Below, piece after piece: positions 48,918-60,125 of a stretch of DNA of 64,000 bases. Position numbers and translations under genes: made by a program. The notes under the pieces are model-generated. The model was not told the DNA's origin and made no database searches. It was given only the letters and a program-made list of their open reading frames with translations. Numbering within the stretch: position 1 is the stretch's first letter; each line of letters starts with the position of its first letter. The DNA comes from Reclinomonas americana ATCC 50394 (taxonomy: Eukaryota), in NCBI GenBank assembly GCA_048213135.1, contig PS015009.1, forward strand, positions 682,001 through 746,000. Direction: 5' to 3'.

Positions 48918-50315
48918 TCAGCCTCTCGCTACTTTGCTGAAATATTTTGTCATTTCCGCTTTCGATACCGGTTGCATATCCAGTTGTATCTTTCCACTCC
49001 TGTCGATAACCACGTTCTTCTTAAACTGGGATATCACCCCGTTTTTGTCAGAGAAAGCGATGAAGGTAACCGGCTCTCCCACCGGCAGGCGGACTATCCG
49101 GTTTGTTTTTCCCGGGTTTACTTCCAGATCCCCGTTGATTACGCCGTTGAAAGAACGGAATACAACGTAATATTTTAACCGTATGCCTTCCCTGGTAATA
49201 GGCAATTCCAGTTCAAGCTCGCCGCGCTGGTCCCTGTCATAAAAACGATCGCAGTTAATCCACCCCAGTCGCGATATTCCTGACGGATCATAATAATTGC
49301 TGAGTACTACCGTAACCCGTTCCGACTCCCATTTTTTCACCAGGCTGTCGTAGATCAGCTTTGCGTGCAGGAGAGAATCTTTTTCCTTTTCCCGTTCTTT
49401 TGCCGAGATCAGGCGCAGGCTGTAAGAAAAGTGCCCGCGCCAGCTCATGTCTTTTACATTGCTCACATAAAAGCCGGAGCCTATACCCCACAATTCCGAC
49501 AACCGGGCTTTATGGGTGATATTGATCATGTCGGTGGTTCTTGTGGGATAATAGAAATAAACCGTGTCGAGTATTTTGTCGGACCCATTACGGGCGCATT
49601 CTTTTACCAATTGCTCAAGCGTGGTGTAGCGGTCATTGATGTATACAGGCGACTTACCTGAATTGAATAGAGTCTGTTTTACTTTAAATTCAGGATAGGC
49701 CGGCCTTTCAGAGAGGTTGAAGTTATCAGTGATTTCTTCCCTGCGGTTAAGCGGTACCCGGGCAGGTTCCCAATTCATACCTCCCGTGCTGTCCCGCTGC
49801 CCGTAAAACAATTCCATTTCATTTTCTTTTATCACTGGAAAATGGACTTCCAGTTTGTTACCCCGGCGTATGCGTAATTTTTTTCCACCACTCGTCATAC
49901 CAATATAGTAGCTGCCCCCCGACATGAGCAGGCGCCCATTACTGCAGGTAGCCGCGTTGGCTTTAAAAAGTTCATCACTGTTGAGCAGTTCTACGATACG
50001 TACATCGATATCACCGGTAACAGGCATACCGTCCTCAGTTTCGAGTACTGACGGATCAACCTTTACCTGCAATTTCCCCCGGGCACCAACTTGTGTGATT
50101 TTATTACGGGCAACATGGTATTGCTGTGCCGACTGTTCTATATACCCATCATGAAAGCCGTCGATCTCAACAGCTGTTGCCGTTGTTGCGGAATCTGTTT
50201 TTTCATTTGAGGTGGTTGATGCAGTTGTGACTGGTGGTACTGTTTTCCTGTTATTGCACGAGAACAGGATGATCATAAAGCAGCCGATGGCTGAAGCAGT
50301 TCTTAATCCTGGCAT
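48918..50315 (-). CDS. Hypothetical lipoprotein
   Basis: Lipobox LFSC; L.SGG and LGWINCDRF motifs. Confidence 0.75.
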   Translation of the reverse strand: MPGLRTASAIGCFMIILFSCNNRKTVPPVTTASTTSNEKTDSATTATAVEIDGFHDGYIEQSAQQYHVARNKITQVGARGKLQVKVDPSVLETEDGMPVTGDIDVRIVELLNSDELFKANAATCSNGRLLMSGGSYYIGMTSGGKKLRIRRGNKLEVHFPVIKENEMELFYGQRDSTGGMNWEPARVPLNRREEITDNFNLSERPAYPEFKVKQTLFNSGKSPVYINDRYTTLEQLVKECARNGSDKILDTVYFYYPTRTTDMINITHKARLSELWGIGSGFYVSNVKDMSWRGHFSYSLRLISAKEREKEKDSLLHAKLIYDSLVKKWESERVTVVLSNYYDPSGISRLGWINCDRFYDRDQRGELELELPITREGIRLKYYVVFRSFNGVINGDLEVNPGKTNRIVRLPVGEPVTFIAFSDKNGVISQFKKNVVIDRSGKIQLDMQPVSKAEMTKYFSKVARG

Positions 50316-50420
50316 GGTTGTAAGGTTTGGTTGGAATACCTGCTTAACGCCTGCCGCCGGTTTATCATATGTACACTGCCTTAATAATTTGTTAAACGAA
50401 AATGCAGGTAGCTGGAGGTA

Positions 50421-51515
50421 CTATTTCAGGGTTTCCCACCAGGAAGTAAAAACGTTTTCTTTATCCAGGGAAACTTTCTGCCCGATCTGCGGGTGCATCA
50501 GCGGCACCCCGGCCTGCCGTGCGGCGGCGGTCACTCTTTTAATGGAATCGTCCCAGCTGTGTGTGGCAAGGGAAAACTTGGCCCAGTGTACCGGCAACAG
50601 TTGCTTCGTTCCCAGCTCCTGCGCCGCGGCAACCAGTTCTTCCGGCATCATGTGAATGTACTTCCAGCTTTTGTTGTACTGTCCGCATTCAAGTATGGCC
50701 AGGTCGAAAGGGCCATACTGTTCACCGATAGCGGCGAAATGTTTATCGTATCCTGAATCACCGCCGATGAATATGTTGAGAGATGGCGTTTGCAATACAA
50801 AGGACATCCACAATGCCTGCTGCCGTTTAAAGCCCCGGCCTGAAAAGTGCCGTGCCGGTGTCGTGTGTACCACAAATCCTTCGTCCAGGTTAATGGTTTC
50901 GTTCCAGTCTTTTTCCGTGATCATTTCTTTGGCATAACCCCAACGCTCCAGGTGGGCGCCAGTGCCCAACCCTGTGATCACTTTACCAATACGGGGCCGC
51001 AGTTGCACTAATGTTTTGTGGTCCATATGATCCCAGTGATCGTGGGAAATAAAAAGATAATCGATGGCCGGTATGTCGGCAGCGGTGTAAATATCCGCCC
51101 CCGGGAAACTACGCGTGGTAAAGCTTACCGGCGATGCGCTGCCACTGAGCACAGGATCAACCAGTATCTTTTTACCATCGATCTGCATATAATAGGAAGA
51201 ATGACCAAACCACACGAGTACATTCTCATTTACGGGAATGGTATGGAGGTCTGTTTTTACCGCCGGTATTTTCACAGGAGGTTTCCTGTCTTTGCTGTCG
51301 CTGAAAAAAAACTCTTTGATCACGGAATAGAAAGTGGCGCCTTCGGTAAGATCGGGCGTAAGACTCTGGTTCTGAAATTTACCATCGCGGTAATGCGGCG
51401 AATGGATAACCCGCTGCAGTCTTTCCCCAGCAGGTTTGCGGCCGAAGCTGGGTTGCTGCGTGAAGGCATAAAAGATCAATACCAGCGCGACAATAATTCC
51501 AAGTGCAATCATCAT
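50421..51515 (-). CDS. MBL-fold hydrolase (NAPE-PLD/RomA-like)
   Basis: WFGHSS, ISHDHWDHMD, PARHFSGR, GDSGY, PVHW. Confidence 0.9.
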   Translation of the reverse strand: MMIALGIIVALVLIFYAFTQQPSFGRKPAGERLQRVIHSPHYRDGKFQNQSLTPDLTEGATFYSVIKEFFFSDSKDRKPPVKIPAVKTDLHTIPVNENVLVWFGHSSYYMQIDGKKILVDPVLSGSASPVSFTTRSFPGADIYTAADIPAIDYLFISHDHWDHMDHKTLVQLRPRIGKVITGLGTGAHLERWGYAKEMITEKDWNETINLDEGFVVHTTPARHFSGRGFKRQQALWMSFVLQTPSLNIFIGGDSGYDKHFAAIGEQYGPFDLAILECGQYNKSWKYIHMMPEELVAAAQELGTKQLLPVHWAKFSLATHSWDDSIKRVTAAARQAGVPLMHPQIGQKVSLDKENVFTSWWETLK

Positions 51516-51652
51516 ATCTGTTCTTTTGTTGTGTGAGATGACGGGTATCCCCAGAAGATATTTTAATGAAGATATTAAAAGGACAAAGAGAGATATAAAA
51601 AAAGTCCCCCGAAAACGGGGGACCAAAATATTCAATCAACAATATTCAGTTA

Positions 51653-53020
51653 TCAATGATGATGGTGATGCTGCATCGCGTTCAGTTCATCAGGCTTCAC
51701 TTCTTTTTCTTTTGGTTTCACCTGTGATTCCATAAAGCTGAAGATCTTGTCGGTGATGAGACGGCGATAGCTGGCGTCAACCTGCTTTTCGTCTTTCATC
51801 ATACGGTCGATATAGCTTTCCAGCCAGCTGGTATCGTCACCCAGGCTCATCTGACCGAAATAACGCATCACTTCTTCTTTCATGAAATTGCGCAGTTCTT
51901 CGTTGGTCACTTCCAGGTTATTGTCTTTGATCAGCTGGTCGCTGATCAGTGTCCATTTCAACTGGTTGCTGAAACCGGGGAATTCTGTTTCTGCCTGTTC
52001 TGGTGTTTTGGGCTGATCACCGGCCTGTTGCAGCCAGCGTTTCAGGAAAGGCTCAGGGAATTCCATTTTGGTTTCGTCGAGAATATAATGGTACAACTGG
52101 TCCTGCAGTTGGTTGCGGCTTTGCGCATCCCAATAATGCTGGATCTCTTCTTTCAGTGTGCTGCGCAGTTCTTCTTCTGTTTTAATGTCTTTAGCGGGGA
52201 AGATCTCTTTGAAGAATTCTTCATTCAGTTCCCTTTTTTCTACCAGGCCGATCTTTACGATCTCGAGGGTGAAATATTTTTTACCGGCGTCTTTGTCTCC
52301 AGCCTCAAAACCGAGGTCCTGAACAATGGCTTCCAGCTTATCGTCTTCCAGCGCTTTACTGAGTTGAACGGTTACGCTGTCGCCCACTTTTTTACCCATG
52401 AACTTTTTCTGCGTGGCGGCAGTGAAATATTTCAGGATAACGGAGTTTTCTTTGCTGATACCGCCTTCGGTGATGTTGCCGTCCTTATCGCTTTCCTTAA
52501 ACAGCAGGTTCAGCACGTTCTCTTCATTATCAACGGTTTCAGGTTCGGTCATTTTACCACCTTTGATCTGCATACGGCTGATCTCTTCATCCACCATCGC
52601 TTCGGTAGCTACCACTTTATGCAGGGTAGGCTTGGCCTTGGGCAGGCTGGCCAGCTCGTAAGGAGGTTTCAGGCCAATCTCGAAGCCAAACTCGTAATCA
52701 GCAGGATTGTTAATGTCCATATTGCGTACATCACTTTCCAGCGGCAGGGGCTGACCGAATATTTCGGGCTTTTCGTTGTTCAGCCAGGTATACAGTTCTT
52801 TTTCAACGGATTTCAGTACTTCATCGGTGAAAATGGAGCTGCCGTACATTTTTTTGATCATGCCGGCGGGTACCATTCCCTTGCGGAAGCCCGGTATATT
52901 GGCAGTTTTGCCGTATTCTTTCAGTTTTTTCTCGAATGAAGGATAGTAGTCATCCTTGCTCACTTTTACAGTCAGTTTATCGTGCAATAAACCGATATTT
53001 TCCCTGGTTACTGTAGCCAT
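51653..53020 (-). CDS. tig: Trigger factor
   Basis: IPGFRKGMVP ribosome-binding signature; lies downstream of tRNA-Leu. Confidence 0.95.
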   Translation of the reverse strand: MATVTRENIGLLHDKLTVKVSKDDYYPSFEKKLKEYGKTANIPGFRKGMVPAGMIKKMYGSSIFTDEVLKSVEKELYTWLNNEKPEIFGQPLPLESDVRNMDINNPADYEFGFEIGLKPPYELASLPKAKPTLHKVVATEAMVDEEISRMQIKGGKMTEPETVDNEENVLNLLFKESDKDGNITEGGISKENSVILKYFTAATQKKFMGKKVGDSVTVQLSKALEDDKLEAIVQDLGFEAGDKDAGKKYFTLEIVKIGLVEKRELNEEFFKEIFPAKDIKTEEELRSTLKEEIQHYWDAQSRNQLQDQLYHYILDETKMEFPEPFLKRWLQQAGDQPKTPEQAETEFPGFSNQLKWTLISDQLIKDNNLEVTNEELRNFMKEEVMRYFGQMSLGDDTSWLESYIDRMMKDEKQVDASYRRLITDKIFSFMESQVKPKEKEVKPDELNAMQHHHHH

Positions 53021-53111
53021 TTATATATGTTTTCTTTTTAATATAGAACAAGGAACGATGGCCGGAACGTTATTCTGTACATCATTCCTTGTTGCTGGTA
53101 AACTGCGGTAG

Positions 53112-53193
53112 TGCGGATGATAGGGGTCGAACCTACATGGATTGCTCCGCTAGATCCTAAGTCTAGTGCGTCTGCCAATTTCGCCACATCCGC
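53112..53193 (-). tRNA. tRNA-Leu (anticodon TAG), CCA not encoded
   Basis: GCGGATGTGGCGAAATTGGCAGACGCACTAGACTTAGGATCTAGCGGAGCAATCCATGTAGGTTCGACCCCTATCATCCGCA folds as a cloverleaf with a long variable arm. Confidence 0.96.
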
Positions 53194-53341
53194 AAAAGGG
53201 CTGCAAAAGTACGGCATTTCGGGCAATCGGGAACAATTTAGTACTCAGTATTTGGCAACCGGCCAACCCCGGGCTGGCTTGTCCGCAGCCGCCAATATCC
53301 TGCCGCAGGTACACTTGTTTTACGTAAATTCGTCATAAGAC

Positions 53342-55579
53342 ATGGAAGTAAAAGCAGAAATACCCAAATACAGCCTCAATGAGGAGGAAGAGAAGAAGGA
53401 GATATTACGGCATTACCGCGGCTTACTGAAGGTATTGAAGCCCAAGATCAAGCCGGGTGACAAACAGTTGCTGCGTACCGCGTTCGAAATGGCCGCGGAA
53501 GCCCATAAGACGATGCGCCGTAAAAGTGGCGAACCCTATATCCTCCATCCGCTGGCCGTAGCCCGCATATGCGTGGAAGAGATCGGGCTGGGTGTACGCA
53601 GTACCCTTTGCGCCCTGCTGCATGACACAGTGGAAGATACCGATATCACCCTTGAGGACATACAGCGGGAGTTTGGTCCCGAAGTGGCCCGTATCGTAGA
53701 TGGTCTCACCAAGATCAGCACGGTAATGGATAACAACAGTACCCAGCAGGCGGAGAATTTTAAAAAGATACTCCTCACCCTCACCGATGATCCCCGCGTG
53801 ATCCTGATCAAACTGGCCGACCGCCTGCACAACATGCGTACGCTCGACAGCATGAAGCGGGAGAAGCAACTGAAAATATCCAGCGAAACGGTATACGTGT
53901 ATGCCCCCCTCGCCCATCGTATGGGCCTGTACAGCATAAAAACGGAGATGGAAGACCTGGCCATGAAATACATGGAGCCCGACACTTACCGCTACATCGC
54001 CCAGAAGCTGAATGATACCAAACGCGAACGCACCAAGTACATCAACGATTTCATCCGCCCCATCAGGGAAAAACTGGAGCGGGCCGATTTTGATTTTGAG
54101 ATCTACGGCCGCCCGAAAAGCATTCACTCCATCTGGAATAAGATGAAGAAAAAGGGCGTAAGCTTTGAAGAAGTGTATGATCTTTTCGCCATACGGATAT
54201 TAGTGAATGCACCGCCGGAAAAAGAAAAAGAGGATTGCTGGAAAGTGTACAGCATCATCACCGACTCTTATATCCCTTCTACGGAAAGGCTCCGCGACTG
54301 GCTCAGTAATCCCAAAAGCAATGGTTATGAAGCGCTGCATACTACAGTAATGGGGCCGCAGGGCAAATGGGTGGAAGTACAGATACGTACCAAACGGATG
54401 AACGAGATCGCCGAAAAAGGTCTCGCTGCCCACTGGAAATACAAGGAAGGCACAAGCGATGAAAGCCGCTTCGACAAATGGTTCCAGCAGATCAGGGAAG
54501 CGCTGGGTAACCAGGACAGTAACTCCATTGATTTTCTCCAGGATTTTAAAACTTCTTTTCTCGCGGAAGAGATATATGTATATACGCCGAAGGGTGATGT
54601 AAAAATGCTGCCCATTGGTGCTACGGCCCTCGATTTTGCTTTCAGCGTACACACCGCGGTGGGCAGTAAATGTATTGGCGCCAAAGTGAATCACAAGCTG
54701 GTGCCCATCAGCCATAAACTGCGCAGCGGCGACCAGATTGAGATCATTACCAGTGCCAAGCAAAAGCCCAACATAGAATGGCTCAATTTCGTGGTCACCA
54801 GCAAGGCCAAGGCCAAGATCAAGGATACACTGAAGGAAGAAAAAAGAGCCGTCGCTGAAGAAGGAAAATATACCCTGCAGCGCAAGCTCGAAGGAATGGG
54901 TGTATCGGTAACGCAATCCAACCTGGAAGAGCTGGCTTTATTCTATAAAGTGAATTCTTCACTTGACTTACTTTATGATATCGCAGTAAAAAAGATTGAT
55001 CTCAAAGAGCTGAAAGATTTTACGGTTCATGGCGATAAACTTATTCCACCCAAGCCGGTGAAACCGGTAACGGAAGATAAGCCCGCTTTTGACCCAGCCC
55101 ACAAACCGGCCGACAAGAAAGACGCGGAACTGATCATTTTCGGCGAAAGCAGCGACAAAATACAATACACCCTGGCCAACTGCTGCAAACCCATACCCGG
55201 CGATGATGTGTTTGGTTTTGTAACTACCGGCGAAGGCCTGAAGATACACCGTACTAACTGCCCCAATGCCGCAAGATTGCTCGCCAACTACGGGCACCGC
55301 GTGGTAAAAACCAAGTGGGCCAAGAACAAGGAGATCTCCTTCCTTACCGGTCTGCGCATCATAGGGCTTGACGATGTGGGTGTTATCCATAAGATCACCA
55401 ACCTCATCAGCGGTGAAATGAAATTCAATATTTCAGCTATGACCATTGAAGCGAAGGAGGGTATTTTTGAGGGGAATGTGAAAATATTCGTTCATGATAA
55501 AGAGGAACTGGACGAACTGGTGGACCGCCTCAACTCGCTGCCGGGGATTGAGCGGGTGGACAGGTATGATACAGAATAA
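53342..55579 (+). CDS. Long RelA/SpoT (p)ppGpp synthetase/hydrolase
   Basis: RKSGEPYILHP, LLHDTVED, KLADRLHNMRT, EVQIRT, TGS and ACT domains. Confidence 0.96.
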   Translation: MEVKAEIPKYSLNEEEEKKEILRHYRGLLKVLKPKIKPGDKQLLRTAFEMAAEAHKTMRRKSGEPYILHPLAVARICVEEIGLGVRSTLCALLHDTVEDTDITLEDIQREFGPEVARIVDGLTKISTVMDNNSTQQAENFKKILLTLTDDPRVILIKLADRLHNMRTLDSMKREKQLKISSETVYVYAPLAHRMGLYSIKTEMEDLAMKYMEPDTYRYIAQKLNDTKRERTKYINDFIRPIREKLERADFDFEIYGRPKSIHSIWNKMKKKGVSFEEVYDLFAIRILVNAPPEKEKEDCWKVYSIITDSYIPSTERLRDWLSNPKSNGYEALHTTVMGPQGKWVEVQIRTKRMNEIAEKGLAAHWKYKEGTSDESRFDKWFQQIREALGNQDSNSIDFLQDFKTSFLAEEIYVYTPKGDVKMLPIGATALDFAFSVHTAVGSKCIGAKVNHKLVPISHKLRSGDQIEIITSAKQKPNIEWLNFVVTSKAKAKIKDTLKEEKRAVAEEGKYTLQRKLEGMGVSVTQSNLEELALFYKVNSSLDLLYDIAVKKIDLKELKDFTVHGDKLIPPKPVKPVTEDKPAFDPAHKPADKKDAELIIFGESSDKIQYTLANCCKPIPGDDVFGFVTTGEGLKIHRTNCPNAARLLANYGHRVVKTKWAKNKEISFLTGLRIIGLDDVGVIHKITNLISGEMKFNISAMTIEAKEGIFEGNVKIFVHDKEELDELVDRLNSLPGIERVDRYDTE

Positions 55580-55685
55580 AAAATCGAAATTTTTACGGCT
55601 TAACAATTTACTTACAAAACTATGAGCCGTTTTTATTTTTGAATTTCTACTTTTGGTCTTATTACACAATATAAACACAAACACT

Positions 55686-56039
55686 ATGCAGGAATTAATC
55701 GATCAACTGACACAGAAAGCCGGTCTGAGTGCCGACCAGGCTCAAAAAGCCATCGCTACTGTAAGCGAATTTGTAAAAGAGAAATTCCCGATGATGGCGG
55801 GCGCAGTAGATAACCTGCTGGGCACGGGCGGAGGCAGCAGCGCATCCGCGTCAACATCAACGGCCGTGGCTTCGGAAGGCGCCAAACAAGAAGGTGGCAG
55901 CTTCCTTGATAAGATCAGCGACTTTATCCCGGGTTCGGCAGGCGAAAAAGTGGAAGAGTTTGCCAAAAATGCCGCTCACAAAGCGGAAGACATGCTCGGC
56001 GACCTGAAAGATAAATTTACCGGCGGGGATAAGAAATAA
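55686..56039 (+). CDS. Small hypothetical protein (DUF2267-like N-terminus)
   Basis: MQELIDQLTQKAGLSADQAQKAI; TACTTTTG promoter motif at 55648. Confidence 0.7.
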   Translation: MQELIDQLTQKAGLSADQAQKAIATVSEFVKEKFPMMAGAVDNLLGTGGGSSASASTSTAVASEGAKQEGGSFLDKISDFIPGSAGEKVEEFAKNAAHKAEDMLGDLKDKFTGGDKK

Positions 56040-56057
56040 CAGCCCCTTTCCTAAAAG

Positions 56058-56090
56058 AAAAAGGCCTGTTCAAACGAAGAGGCCTTTTTT
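56058..56090. terminator. Bidirectional intrinsic terminator
   Basis: AAAAAGGCCT...AGGCCTTTTTT between convergent genes. Confidence 0.8.
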
Positions 56091-56107
56091 ATGATCACGT
56101 TTTCTTA

Positions 56108-57980
56108 TCAGCCTTTCACCCTGTACTCCCAGTACATCGGGCGGTTCACCCCATCGTCAGATTCTATCAGTTCTTCCGATTCCGATACCAGGCTGTTGAA
56201 CAACTGACGTTGCTGTTGCGTAGGCTTGGCGCCATCGGCAATATCGTCAACACCATTTTTAAGCAGGTTGCCCTTGTCCAGGCGAATGATCCTTCCCCTG
56301 GTTTTTTCCTGCAGGCGCTGGTACAGGTCTTCAGCAGGCATTTTCCATCCTTTCTTGCCCTGCCTTTTCGCCACTTCTTCATCAACAGGTATCATAGCGG
56401 CCAGTTCCATACTGGTCATCAGTTCCATACCGTGCTTTTTGGCTGTGGCATTATGGCTGGCGTGATGTCCCACTTTATAAAATACCGTACGGGTAAGCAG
56501 ATCAGTGGCCGTTGTGTTTTTGCCAGAAGCATTCTTCCATTGCAGTTTGGGTTCAGTGGAGCCCTCCGCCGTTTCTGTCCAGCTGATCCAGTTGCCAATC
56601 TGCGCATCTGCAGGGAAGAGCAGCACTTTACCACTGTCTTCAAATTCAATGGCCATAGCCAGGCTGGTATTATTGGTATAGGAATCGAGGTTGAGGGCCA
56701 GGGTGCCGGCATTCTGTAACCAGTCTGTAGCAACGCTGCGCCACTCATTTTCGGACTTGTGGTAGAGATTCCATACATGATCAGGATCGGCCAGTTCCTG
56801 GTGCGACATATGATTTTTATGCAGGCAGTACTTAGCCTGGAAAGGAGATATCTCTTCTCCTTCACCTTCATTAAGTGCCATGTAGAAATTGTCGGAGAGC
56901 CCCATATCCGACAGGTACATTTCCACGTGTTCCTTATCATCCATTTTCCTGAGCAGGTCATAGTTTTTAGGCGGGCCCAGGAAGTATACTTTTATCCCGG
57001 TAAGCCCGGTGGTTTCAGCATCGGCAGCATCACCGGGGTTCCAGAAACTGATATGCGGTGCTCCCGTATCCTTATTTCTTTTTACAAAATAGGCCATGGC
57101 ATCCTTCATGGTAAGCCCAAGCTCTGCTCCTTTTGCAGACAGCGATTGCTTTACCTCTTCAGGGCCGATATCGTAAAAATTAAGCAGTTGCTGCAAAGCT
57201 GTGGCATACCGTTGCTGCGCCGGCCGATAGTCGGGTTCCCTGTAATCGGTGTCGATCATTATTTTGCTGGGTGTACCTTCGATAGACTGGTTGTATAACC
57301 CCAGCGCTTTGGCCAGCGCCATTTTTTTCTTGTTGAATTTATCTTTCAGGTCGATGGCCAACTGGTCTCCGCCTGAAGCGATATTCTCCGTCCAGGCCAG
57401 CCATACATTGTCAACAACGATGCTGTCCCACAATAATTTTTTATCGTCACCTTTAAGATTGAAGCCGGATATGTGGTCTTTGTGTTCGTGAGTCTGCACC
57501 ACCAGGTCAAGGTGATTATTGCAATCGTCTTTGATATTTTTAATACATTTTTTTAATCGTTCTGTATCACCCGTCAACATGCCGCAGTCGATGAGCATCC
57601 GGTATTCAGGTTTTCCGGCACTCATAAAACTGAGCAGGAAGCAGTCCCCAAACCCATGGCAGTACATGCGGATGACCACTTCATCTATCCTGCCCGTTTT
57701 GGTAGCTGCTTTCTCTGCCGCGTGTTTTGGAGGTGGTGCAGCAGTTACTGGAGCCGCTTTTTGGGAAGCGGCCTTTTTTACCGGGGCCGCTTTTTTCGCA
57801 GCTTTCTTTTTAGTGCCGGCTTTTTTTGCCGCCTTCTTCACCACCGCTTTTTTTTTGCGCTTCTTTCACGGCCTTCTTTGCTGTGTTTTTTTTAGCAGGG
57901 GCTTTTTTGACGGCTTTCTTTTTTGTCGCTGTTTTTTTTACGGCTGCCTTTTTAACGGCCGCCTTCTTTTTAGTAGCCAT
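56108..57980 (-). CDS. MBL-fold (ComEC/Rec2-like) hydrolase with a histone-H1-like K/A-rich N-tail; frameshift at the T9 tract 57848-57856
   Basis: GFGDCFLL, IDCG, THEHKDHISG, NNTS, LFPADAQ, KVGHHASHNAT; upstream ATG 57980 gives MATKKKAAVKKAAVKK..., out of frame by one base. Confidence 0.8.
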
Positions 57981-57989
57981 GATCGCAGG

Positions 57990-60125
57990 TTATAATACTT
58001 TATGAATAATGGCAAATGGTTCCGCTTCGAGGTTACCATAGGCCGAACCGAAATAGGTGGCGTTGAGTGAATTTTCATCAGACTGGTACATGGTCTTGTA
58101 CTGCCTTTTCATCCTCACTTCATCATTGATGTCTTTTTTGATGATGTATTTCAGTTTCACATTATCGCTGCTGGCGGCATAATCGAGGTCGAAAATGAGC
58201 GTACTCCCTCCCCTGAAGATGAACCAGCCATGCGGCAGTACTTTTTCAGTACCGGTGGCGTCCTTTTGATCTTTGGGTTTATCCATGTTCCGCTGTACGT
58301 AAGTATAGGCGCCTTTTTTTCCTGTCCTTTCATACCATACCTTCAGGTTACCGGGAACAAAGAAACCTTTGATCTCTACATTCCCATACTGGTCCTCGCT
58401 GCAAACCACACCCCGTTTTTGCGTAAGTGTTACCAGTATCTGGTTTACCAGTTTACCACTGGGACCAACCCTGCTGGCGATTTTAAGGTTGTGCACTTCC
58501 ACCATGGGCATACCGGCTGTATTTCTTGATTTTGATTTGCCGATGCCCAGCTGGTCCATTTGTGTTGTGCTCAATATCAAACCCGTAAGCACCCCAAAAG
58601 CATTTTCGCTGTCGAATTTCTCATAAATCCGCTGGTGCAGGCCTTGTATTTTATGCTCTGTGTTCGTTTTGGGTTTTCGTGATGACGGGTTGTTGATATC
58701 TCCGCCGGTAATAAAGACCTTGGTGAGATCATGCAGGTCTTCCCGGTCGGTAACATAACTCGCCTTCTCTTTGAATAGTTTGAAAAACTCGATCAGTTTG
58801 GCGAATTTTTTATCAAAGTCAGAGCTCACATCATTGGCTTTCAGCAGGAGACTTTCCACGCTCATGTTCTTCAGTTCCGCGGGGTATATCCCTCTTTTCT
58901 GGAACGCTTCAATAATACCGATGCGGTAGTCCCAGCTGTCTTCATCCACCAGGTCAAAATCTGAAGTCACCAATGCCCGCAAGTAGTCGCCGAAGTTGAT
59001 ATCCATTGGCGGACAATAATCCAATGCCCGTACACACATGTTAAGGATATGGCCTGCTGTTTTACTGGCCTCTTTCGCCATCCTGTTCACCAGGTCGGGG
59101 TGCAGCGCTCCTTCAGGAAGTATGCCCGAGCCGCCGGATGCCAGCCGTTTAAGATCGGCCACCCGTTTTTTATAAATACTGCTGAATATATCGAATACCG
59201 TAGCTACCAGTATGGATCCCCGGTCGTGTGGTTCATTTACAGTGAGGTATTCCGTGGGATCCGGTTTTTGAGGTATCCATCTTTCTTTCGTTTCATCATA
59301 ATACCCCAGCGCATCCCTCAGGCTGCCGTAATGACCTATGGCTTTACCAAACTCCTGCGCCAGCTGGCCCAGCAGGTTTTCGCTGGCCAGGTCGCCGCGG
59401 GTTTTACTGATCTGCGACCTCAGTACTTCAGGGAAAGTGAAATGCTGGAACAAGGCGACAATATCGGCGAAGGCCTCATGAAAAGCGAGTGAATCTTTAT
59501 GCGTGGCTTCCACATAACGCCGGTGCATACCGTCGAGCAAGGCGTGGGTTACCTCATGCGCAATGATATCATGACTCAGGCAGGTGTAAACCGTTGCCCC
59601 CGGCAGCATAGCGCCCCGCTGATCATTCATGGAACTGAAATAACCGAAGAGCACGGATTTTTTTAAGGGACTGTAATACGCATTCGGTTCACGCAAAGCA
59701 TGTGGGTATATGCGGAGCCGTTTTACATAATCGGTCTTGTCATCATTATTCTGGTAAGGGCTCCAGAGTATCTTCCTCCCCAGCGCCCGTTCAAAATTTT
59801 TAATGGTCGTCATGGCTACCGCGTATACCATCTGCTGGTGAAACTGCGGGTTACTCTCAGAAGGTTCCAGCCCATCCTGTGCCAGTACATACATGTCGTT
59901 GAGGTCTACCGGCTGGTAAAAGCAACCGCTTGACGGATCATAATCCACCACTTCCACATATTCACCCACCGGCCCGGCGGTAAGACTTTCCCAGGGTACT
60001 TTGTAAGTGATATCGTTGATCACCGCGGTATCCAGTTGCAGCGACAGCGAGGGGTCAAAAGCATAGGCCCTTAATTTGCGGAAGGCAGGCTTATTGACAC
60101 GGTTCTTGGAATCGTTCTCGTTCAT
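57990..60125 (-). CDS. Thermolysin-like (M4/M36 gluzincin) zinc metallopeptidase
   Basis: NAYY, IIAHEVTHALLD, AFHEAFADI, EPHDRG; ATG 60125 overlaps the patatin stop (ATGA). Confidence 0.85.
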   Translation of the reverse strand: MNENDSKNRVNKPAFRKLRAYAFDPSLSLQLDTAVINDITYKVPWESLTAGPVGEYVEVVDYDPSSGCFYQPVDLNDMYVLAQDGLEPSESNPQFHQQMVYAVAMTTIKNFERALGRKILWSPYQNNDDKTDYVKRLRIYPHALREPNAYYSPLKKSVLFGYFSSMNDQRGAMLPGATVYTCLSHDIIAHEVTHALLDGMHRRYVEATHKDSLAFHEAFADIVALFQHFTFPEVLRSQISKTRGDLASENLLGQLAQEFGKAIGHYGSLRDALGYYDETKERWIPQKPDPTEYLTVNEPHDRGSILVATVFDIFSSIYKKRVADLKRLASGGSGILPEGALHPDLVNRMAKEASKTAGHILNMCVRALDYCPPMDINFGDYLRALVTSDFDLVDEDSWDYRIGIIEAFQKRGIYPAELKNMSVESLLLKANDVSSDFDKKFAKLIEFFKLFKEKASYVTDREDLHDLTKVFITGGDINNPSSRKPKTNTEHKIQGLHQRIYEKFDSENAFGVLTGLILSTTQMDQLGIGKSKSRNTAGMPMVEVHNLKIASRVGPSGKLVNQILVTLTQKRGVVCSEDQYGNVEIKGFFVPGNLKVWYERTGKKGAYTYVQRNMDKPKDQKDATGTEKVLPHGWFIFRGGSTLIFDLDYAASSDNVKLKYIIKKDINDEVRMKRQYKTMYQSDENSLNATYFGSAYGNLEAEPFAIIHKVL

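Noticed and set aside
51653-51670. His5 C-terminus of trigger factor as a cloning tag
   Set aside because: The chromosomal context is native with mixed His codons; natural His-rich tails are common.
53112-53193. tRNA-Leu as an integration site for the island
   Set aside because: It is about 19 kb from the array, flanked by core genes (tig, relA/spoT), and I saw no duplicated 3' end.
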